This document shows positions 57,782 through 64,000 of a DNA stretch of 64,000 bases, piece by piece. The notes beneath the pieces are model-generated. The model saw nothing but the letters and a program-made list of their open reading frames with translations, ran no database searches and was not told the origin of the DNA. This DNA is from a virus. Numbering within the stretch: position 1 is the stretch's first letter; the number at the start of each line of letters is the position of its first letter. The translations under genes and the position numbers were made by a program. The DNA lies in IMG/VR virus record IMGVR_UViG_3300027714_000004, positions 64,001 through 128,000 of that record; one strand, given 5' to 3'.

Positions 57782-58500
57782 GTTACGGACTACAGATAAA
57801 AAACGGATCCAATAATATTATTATTGACGAAGCCTTTAAGAATTTTCAGATTGCTGCGATTGGTACATCAGCAGCCGGTACAGCTTTGCCAATCACAGGC
57901 AACCTTATGACGGAGGGTGGTTTGGTCTTTGCTAAACCAAGTGGAGTTAACACAAGCGATTCCGCTGGATGGCATATCGGTATAGAGATGAACTTTTACT
58001 CTGCTCACACAGGACAGTTCGATGTGAACCTGACCAGTACGTATTCTGGTGGTGTTGATAGATCAACCTCTGCAATAACATCCCCCAATCTTGGTAAGCA
58101 AGCTCCTAATATAGATTGGATATACATAAAACCTTCGGCAACCCCAACAAGTACGGAATATGGATTGGAAGTATATGCCGCAGATGGCACTATGTCTTTC
58201 TCATCTGAAGTTAGTGGTATGTTCAATATAATTTCAACTGCGGTAAGTAACCCCAGTACTAAGTCCGGTAACCACTTTTTCACTCCTTGGTACGCAGGAT
58301 CTGGACGAGACGTGTTTGATTGTTACGTATGTATCGGGAACTTCCTACACTTCCATATCTCCTCGACGACTTGGGGATGGGCGCATACTGCGAAGTGGCA
58401 GTCATCCGGTAATAAGTTGACATTGATTCAACCAGACTGGGTGTATCCTAATAACACAGTCCCTGCAATGTATCTCATGGGACAACTGTCGGGTAACTAA
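57778..58500 (+). CDS. Fibre-module protein (MSYGLQI...YGLEVY)
   Basis: Corresponds to the N-terminal ~280 aa of 44832-48878. Confidence 0.75.
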   Translation: MSYGLQIKNGSNNIIIDEAFKNFQIAAIGTSAAGTALPITGNLMTEGGLVFAKPSGVNTSDSAGWHIGIEMNFYSAHTGQFDVNLTSTYSGGVDRSTSAITSPNLGKQAPNIDWIYIKPSATPTSTEYGLEVYAADGTMSFSSEVSGMFNIISTAVSNPSTKSGNHFFTPWYAGSGRDVFDCYVCIGNFLHFHISSTTWGWAHTAKWQSSGNKLTLIQPDWVYPNNTVPAMYLMGQLSGN

Positions 58501-58536
58501 TTCGACAAATTAATTTAGTAAAGGAACGTTTTAAAA

Positions 58537-58992
58537 ATGAGTAAAATATTAGCATACACGCATAAAGATACTGGAGAAGTTACTTCGGTAGTTACAATGT
58601 CTCTAGACGGTGGTTGTCCGGAAGATGGTGAAAGTGTAGGTGATTCTATTGTAAGAGACATTACCGACATTGCTCAAGATGATTGGGCTTCGTACTCTGA
58701 AACTAAGTACTGGGATAATGGTTGGGTTACCCGTGGAGAGAAACCTTCGTCAAATCATATATGGCAAGACGGTGAATGGGTATTCAATGTAGTACACTTC
58801 TCTTTTCAAGTTCGTATAAGAAGACTAGAACTTCTAAATCAAAGTGACTGGACTCAAATGCCAGACAGTCCTCTATCCGAAGAGATGAAGACTGCATGGG
58901 GAGAGTATCGACAAGAACTCCGTGATATGACCATACTTCTTTCGGATATAGTCTCCGAAGAAGAACTTGATTGGCCTGCAACCCCAGAATAA
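58537..58992 (+). CDS. Tail fibre assembly chaperone-like protein
   Basis: SDWTQMPDSPL...W.EYRQELRD...WP. Confidence 0.85.
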   Translation: MSKILAYTHKDTGEVTSVVTMSLDGGCPEDGESVGDSIVRDITDIAQDDWASYSETKYWDNGWVTRGEKPSSNHIWQDGEWVFNVVHFSFQVRIRRLELLNQSDWTQMPDSPLSEEMKTAWGEYRQELRDMTILLSDIVSEEELDWPATPE

Positions 58993-59018
58993 AAAACTAT
59001 ATTGTAATAACTACTAAT

Positions 59019-59063
59019 AAATGTGCATAGTCTTAGATCATGCACATTTTTTTTGTATAAATA
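59019..59063 (+). terminator. Intrinsic terminator followed by late promoter
   Basis: AATGTGCAT...ATGCACATT plus T-run; TATAAATA at 59056-59063. Confidence 0.8.
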
Positions 59064-59111
59064 CCATTAAGAAATACTACATTAACTGATAATTAATAGA
59101 GAGAGTCATCC

Positions 59112-61751
59112 GTGTCCGCATCCAGTATACCCCTAAAAATTAAAAATAGCGCAGGTGACCTACAGGAATTCAGCCCCGAAGAAGAAATGTTTCTTGCGGT
59201 AAAATTGGGAGAGTCTTTATCAGAGTCTTCTGCTGGTGATATCGGAGACATTAGTCTAACGGGTGATGTTAATATAGGATCGTTTGTAGACACGTACTAC
59301 AACGAAGTTACGGGTACTCACCCAGCATCAAACATTACAGGAACTACCGTTACTACTACATTAAAACAGGTAGGTGGTTCTGCGTCAGAGACTGGATCAG
59401 ATTTCATAAGACCTATAGGTTATTATCAAAGCAGTTCAAATGCTGGATTCTACGATATGGTAGATCTAGATTTGAATAATTTAACAACTCGTGCACTGAG
59501 AACTGTTGAGACATTAGGTCTTCAGGGTACATTCGAATTATCATCAACTACGCCAGGCACTGATTGGGTAAAACATGTAGATAACGTGTTTACAGATACC
59601 ATCGGTGACGGTACCTCGGTAGTATACCATATTTGGAAACGTGTGACACTAGCAACTCCACCAGCGGGTCTAGCCACCGTACGACCAATGGCAACAACTT
59701 ATGACGGATCTACCTTTGATGGGTTTAAAGAAATGTCAGACGATCAGATCAAGGCTACCCTTGGTCAACGTGCTAAAACTCTTCGAGCAACAGTAGGATC
59801 TATTGGTTCTTATCAGTTGCGTTCATCCGCTCAAGGAGCTCCCACTTCAGCAGGTACTTGGGATGCACGTGGTTCTGCTACTAATACTCAACGAACCCTT
59901 GTTGACGCCGACTATTCTCGTACTCGTAATTCTGCATATACTCGCACTAGAGTTTCTGCATATTCACGTGATCGACAGTCTACATATACCCTAGACCGCA
60001 CAGAATCATTCTCAAGGAATTTTACTGGTGACTTCGCTGGTACATATACTAGAGACTTCGCTGGTACATATACTAGCGATTTTACTGGAGTATATTCTAG
60101 AACTCGTCCTTCAACATATAGTCGTAGTAGACTAGAGGCATTCACTGGTTATTTTGCGGGTACTTATAATCGTGCACGAGTATCTACCTATACTAGTGAT
60201 AGGATAGAAGGGTTCTCTTCAGCATATTCACGTGCACGAGTATCTACCTATACACGTAGTCGTATTACCGACTTCGCTGGAAACTTCGTTGCAGGATATT
60301 CTAGAGGATTTGCTTCAGATTATTCGCGAACCTTTATCGGTGCATATTCATCTTCTTACTTTGGTGATTTTGTAGGAAACTATGCTCGTACTTCTACTCT
60401 AGTTTCCACACGCACTCGGTACTCTACATACACACGAAATAGTATAACTAACACTCCCGTCTCTTATATGGGTAATTTCGTAGGGTATTATACTGGAGAT
60501 TTCGCAAGTTCATACTCAAGAACTACATCGGGCACATATGCTCGGACGTTAGCATACTCTCGTACACTGTATTATACTGTTAGTTTCGTAGGAAACTTTT
60601 CTCGCGCAGCTGCGGGGTATTACACCGGAAACTATGCTCGTACACGAGATATGTCATATTGGGCATATTACGCTCGTAATATTGCTTACACAGGGTATTA
60701 CTCTCGCAGCGCCAGTCAAGGTGCATCATATTTCAGAAACATGGTGTCTACTCGTTTCCGATATGGTACTACCAGAAACGCTCAGGCATTTCCCAGCGAC
60801 ACCTCTCTCGACGGTAATTTAATTATACCTTGGTATTTTGCGGGGGACTTTGCAACTGCATTTGAATATGTTGCATACTACCCAGGCGGCACCTACACAC
60901 GTTCAAGACTTGTCTCTAACACTTATGCCAGAGTCATCCCCCTCTACTACGTGGGAAATTATAGTAGGACTGTAGGCGTTAACTACGTAGGTAACTATGC
61001 GAGAACGCGTGTAGCAAGCAGTCAAGGTACTGGTTACTATGCGACCACCTCAAACTACTCTTCTTCATACACGGGATATTACTCTAGAAACCAGACTCTT
61101 ACTTATGCTGGTGCTTATGCACGAGCTCGTGCGAGTGTTGTACAAGATACATTTGTAGGTGACTACGCAAGAACATTTGCAGGTGCCTTCTCTAGTCAAT
61201 TTGTTGGCGAATATACCACAACATCTACAAGAACTCGATTAGCTTCGTTTGTCAGAAATAGAGTGCAGGCGTATACGAACACACGATCTTCGACATATTC
61301 TCGTGATCGTGTTGCTAATTTTGCAGGAGAGTTTACTGGTAACTACACAACAACATTCTCTGGAGACTATTCTCGAACCTTTGCTGGTAACTTTGTAGGT
61401 AACTATACCACAACCTTTATTGGTGACTTTGCAGGAGCATATGCTAATACCTTTACAGGAGAATTTGTTGGAGACTTCACTACTAATTATGTAGGCAACT
61501 ATAGTCGTGTACGTGTATCTGCGTACGCTCGACTACGTACCTCAACCTATACTGGCCCTTACACAAGTGACCGCGCATCGACGTACATCGGAAATTTCAC
61601 TTCGGACTACACGCGTGAATTTGTTGGAAACTATTCGAGAGATTTTGCTGGTCAATATTCACGTGCTTACCTCGGAAACTATACTGGTACAACTATTAGT
61701 GATGTGATCTATACCCCAGAAACATATACCTTATACGTAAGGATTGCATAA
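59112..61751 (+). CDS. Virion protein with mirror-symmetric tetrad repeat region (predicted giant beta-hairpin)
   Basis: N-terminal 267-aa domain, 593-aa repeat region, short C-terminal strand; late promoter upstream. Confidence 0.85.
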   Translation: MSASSIPLKIKNSAGDLQEFSPEEEMFLAVKLGESLSESSAGDIGDISLTGDVNIGSFVDTYYNEVTGTHPASNITGTTVTTTLKQVGGSASETGSDFIRPIGYYQSSSNAGFYDMVDLDLNNLTTRALRTVETLGLQGTFELSSTTPGTDWVKHVDNVFTDTIGDGTSVVYHIWKRVTLATPPAGLATVRPMATTYDGSTFDGFKEMSDDQIKATLGQRAKTLRATVGSIGSYQLRSSAQGAPTSAGTWDARGSATNTQRTLVDADYSRTRNSAYTRTRVSAYSRDRQSTYTLDRTESFSRNFTGDFAGTYTRDFAGTYTSDFTGVYSRTRPSTYSRSRLEAFTGYFAGTYNRARVSTYTSDRIEGFSSAYSRARVSTYTRSRITDFAGNFVAGYSRGFASDYSRTFIGAYSSSYFGDFVGNYARTSTLVSTRTRYSTYTRNSITNTPVSYMGNFVGYYTGDFASSYSRTTSGTYARTLAYSRTLYYTVSFVGNFSRAAAGYYTGNYARTRDMSYWAYYARNIAYTGYYSRSASQGASYFRNMVSTRFRYGTTRNAQAFPSDTSLDGNLIIPWYFAGDFATAFEYVAYYPGGTYTRSRLVSNTYARVIPLYYVGNYSRTVGVNYVGNYARTRVASSQGTGYYATTSNYSSSYTGYYSRNQTLTYAGAYARARASVVQDTFVGDYARTFAGAFSSQFVGEYTTTSTRTRLASFVRNRVQAYTNTRSSTYSRDRVANFAGEFTGNYTTTFSGDYSRTFAGNFVGNYTTTFIGDFAGAYANTFTGEFVGDFTTNYVGNYSRVRVSAYARLRTSTYTGPYTSDRASTYIGNFTSDYTREFVGNYSRDFAGQYSRAYLGNYTGTTISDVIYTPETYTLYVRIA

Positions 61752-61807
61752 TACCCTTTATTGTGGTATAATGAGAGATAGAGAGGTGGGTCTACTAATG
61801 ACCCACT
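61744..61807 (+). promoter_or_regulatory. Sigma70-type promoter followed by a hairpin
   Basis: TTGCAT-17-TATAAT; GTGGGTC-TACTAAT-GACCCAC. Confidence 0.65.
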
Positions 61808-61860
61808 TATCTAAGTACTATATACATTATAATTTGAATTGAACTCTCTGGAGATATTTA

Positions 61861-62322
61861 ATGAGTCGTAAGCAGTGGATGGATAATGCATTCTGGGAAA
61901 CGGATGAAAAGAAAGAACTGAACTGTATCCTAGAACTTGAAGATGATGTTGGTCGTGTAACACGTCAACAGATGCTTTTACACCGAACTAACAAAGATGG
62001 TAGTGATAACGATCTTTTCAATGAAGTTATTGAATCGGTAGGTGAAGCATCTATTGATAAGGAAACAACTGATCGAGTTATCCGTAAAACTGCCGAAGTT
62101 GAAGAAGAGAAGTTGCGAGACGATGAGCATCAAAAAGCACGTAAGCTCGAAAAACTTTTTAATTATAAGATGGAAGCTTTCGAAGTGGATGAGATTAAAC
62201 TCTCCAAAAACCGAAAGTTAAAGGCTAAGTTGCGCCGTGCTAAGTCAAAGATTGAAGTCGATCTATACTCAATCATGATTCTACAAGAGCAACTAGAGGC
62301 CACGGAAGATGGAAAAAAGTAA
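61861..62322 (+). CDS. Hypothetical protein
   Basis: 153-aa ORF, RBS GGAG; LFNYKMEAFEVDEIK.S..RKLK.KLRRAK. Confidence 0.8.
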   Translation: MSRKQWMDNAFWETDEKKELNCILELEDDVGRVTRQQMLLHRTNKDGSDNDLFNEVIESVGEASIDKETTDRVIRKTAEVEEEKLRDDEHQKARKLEKLFNYKMEAFEVDEIKLSKNRKLKAKLRRAKSKIEVDLYSIMILQEQLEATEDGKK

Positions 62323-63046
62323 AGGATTTCTAATAGTTGCGTCTAAGAAACGTAACTTCTACTTATACGCTATTAATCTTGCAGAGTCTCTTAGGGATTA
62401 CTATGATCCTGAAGATGAATGTAAAATTTGTTTAGTGACAGAGGAACAGTTCCTAGACGACCGTGGTAGAGACGTTGCGGACGATATCATCTTTTGTGAT
62501 GACCATTATCGCGCTAAGTTATGGGGAATGTCTCAGTCTCCATATGACGTGACAATGTATATTGATGCCGACATGGAATGTGAACACGAAGATATTATCA
62601 AAGTATGGGATGAGATGAAAGACCATGATTTGGTATTCACTGCTCTCACTGATGACCGTGATTATATTTACGCGGAACGGGATTTCTCCACACCAGAAGG
62701 TATGTCGAAATTTACTTTGTGCGGTGGTGTATGTTTGTATGATATGTCTAAACCAATAGTCCGTGAGTTCATGGATGATTGGTGGGACTTAACATATCGA
62801 CAGATGAACAATACTTGGTGGCCCAAGGGTTATATAGAAAGTCTCAAAGCTTGGGATCAGTTCTCACTTTGGTGGTTGACCGAGAAAGAAGACAAATATA
62901 AAGATCTCAAGATCGGTATCTTTGATGACGACTTGAGGTGGAACTATTATAACGCTCTGAACTGGGCGATCACAAAACCGGAGAACGGGCCAGTGATTCT
63001 GCGTCACTTCTCTGCGGGTTTAAATAAGGATACTCCAATAGTATGA
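62309..63046 (+). CDS. Glycosyltransferase, GT-A fold
   Basis: RAKL...SPYDVTMYIDADM, GGVCLY, WDQFSL and WN motifs. Confidence 0.8.
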   Translation: MEKSKGFLIVASKKRNFYLYAINLAESLRDYYDPEDECKICLVTEEQFLDDRGRDVADDIIFCDDHYRAKLWGMSQSPYDVTMYIDADMECEHEDIIKVWDEMKDHDLVFTALTDDRDYIYAERDFSTPEGMSKFTLCGGVCLYDMSKPIVREFMDDWWDLTYRQMNNTWWPKGYIESLKAWDQFSLWWLTEKEDKYKDLKIGIFDDDLRWNYYNALNWAITKPENGPVILRHFSAGLNKDTPIV

Positions 63047-63750
63047 TACAGGTAAACGACCAATATCTCAAACATGTCGAGGTTAATAACCCTGAACTAC
63101 TTGAGATTCTAGAACAGTACTCCAAGTTACATACCACAGAAGGTTTTGAAGAAAACTGTCACTTGAATTCTGCTCAACATATTCGACAACGCGCATACTA
63201 TGTGGGCGAAGATCATAAGAATGAAATTGTTGGTAAGGGAAACAAACACGAAGGGTTTCCGGACGAACTAGTTGGATACAACTTCAAACTTTCTGAGAAA
63301 GCGCATAAGATGTTTGCACCGGATGCAGATCCAGTTTTCAAACGTGATATGACTCTACATCTCCGTGACCTAAACGATAAGATGATGAACTTCTTGTCCG
63401 TTAAACACAATGCACTTGCAGCAGTATATCCGCCTGGCGGATTCATCTCGTGGCACAACAATGCAAATGCACCTGGCTTTAACTTAATCTTCTCCTACTC
63501 AGAAGACGGTTCTGGTTACTTCGAATACATCCACCCTGAGACTAAAGAAGTCATTCGTTGTCAAGATGAATCGGGTAAGTGGACTTGTAAGGCAGCGTAC
63601 TTCGGTCACTACGGTGAAGAAGATAAGGTTATGTACCATGCTGCGTCTACAGAAGACTGGCGTTGTACTGTATCATATGTCTTTGATCGAACAGAAGCGT
63701 CTATAGACTTCCGTGAAATGGTCGTGACAGATATTGAATCTGCGGAATAG
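63043..63750 (+). CDS. 2OG-Fe(II) oxygenase-like (double-stranded beta-helix) protein
   Basis: YPPGGFISWHNN...YHAA....R; HxN in place of HxD. Confidence 0.65.
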   Translation: MIQVNDQYLKHVEVNNPELLEILEQYSKLHTTEGFEENCHLNSAQHIRQRAYYVGEDHKNEIVGKGNKHEGFPDELVGYNFKLSEKAHKMFAPDADPVFKRDMTLHLRDLNDKMMNFLSVKHNALAAVYPPGGFISWHNNANAPGFNLIFSYSEDGSGYFEYIHPETKEVIRCQDESGKWTCKAAYFGHYGEEDKVMYHAASTEDWRCTVSYVFDRTEASIDFREMVVTDIESAE

Positions 63751-63765
63751 TAAAATATATCAAAA

Positions 63766-63825
63766 CTAGAACCTTAAAGTGTTATAAATAGAGGAAGACA
63801 ATCTATAAACAGTTTAAGGTTCTAG
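63766..63825 (+). promoter_or_regulatory. Late promoter nested in a 13-bp inverted repeat
   Basis: CTAGAACCTTAAA...TATAAATA(63783)...TTTAAGGTTCTAG. Confidence 0.8.
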
Positions 63826-63830
63826 AGAAT

Positions 63831-64000
63831 ATGGCAATTTACGAAGATTTTACAATTGATCAAGGTGCGGATGTAGCTCTACAAATAGAGTTAGTCAACC
63901 CTGATGGGTCAACAAAAGACCTTACCGGATATTCTGTTGCTGCTAAAATGAAGAAGACCTTCAAAAGCGAAGCGAATAATACTCTAGATTTCACCGCTAT
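63831..64000 (+). CDS. Virion structural protein, N-terminus only (3' truncated)
   Basis: MAIYEDFTIDQGAD...DLTGYSVAAKMKK; follows late promoter. Confidence 0.75.
   Translation, partial: MAIYEDFTIDQGADVALQIELVNPDGSTKDLTGYSVAAKMKKTFKSEANNTLDFTA

Noticed and set aside
59913-61691. DNA-level inverted repeat or palindrome explaining the symmetry of the repeat proteins
   Set aside because: The two arms are not reverse complements at nucleotide level and codons vary freely; the symmetry appears only in the protein tetrads.
1-64000. tRNA or rRNA genes; alternative genetic code
   Set aside because: No convincing cloverleaf with a T-loop in the intergenic gaps by eye (a tRNA scan was not run); core genes are full length in the standard code and use TAA, TAG and TGA as stops.

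Overview
A 64-kb segment of a large T4-like (Tevenvirinae/Kyanoviridae-style) myovirus genome, most likely environmental; the host cannot be read from the window, but it uses sigma70-type promoters. From left to right: (i) class Ia ribonucleotide reductase nrdA (5'-truncated, with a glutaredoxin domain inserted before its C-terminal CxxC) and nrdB; (ii) two hypervariable early regions (about 2.4-6.5 kb and 18.5-27.4 kb) of small ORFs, each behind a repeated sigma70 promoter/leader cassette; (iii) an accessory block (7-18 kb) with MazG, lysozyme, a HAD nucleotidase and glycan-type enzymes (several glycosyltransferases, carbamoyltransferase, radical SAM/SPASM, sulfotransferase-like), partly under T4 late promoters; (iv) gp33 and gp32; (v) T4 tail/baseplate genes (tape measure-like, gp51, gp26, gp54, gp2, gp4, gp48, gp53, hub, gp5, gp25, gp6, gp7-like, gp8, VrlC-like) with two paralogous four-gene fibre modules. 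The most striking observation: two virion-region proteins (44832-48878 and 59112-61751) carry 4-residue repeat regions that are mirror-complementary at the protein level. Arg-initiated tetrads face Gly tetrads and 2-residue stutters are mirrored, which predicts giant single-chain beta-hairpin filaments. The second gene is followed by a glycosyltransferase and a 2OG-Fe(II)-oxygenase-like gene. All family assignments come from motif recognition by eye; no database search was run.
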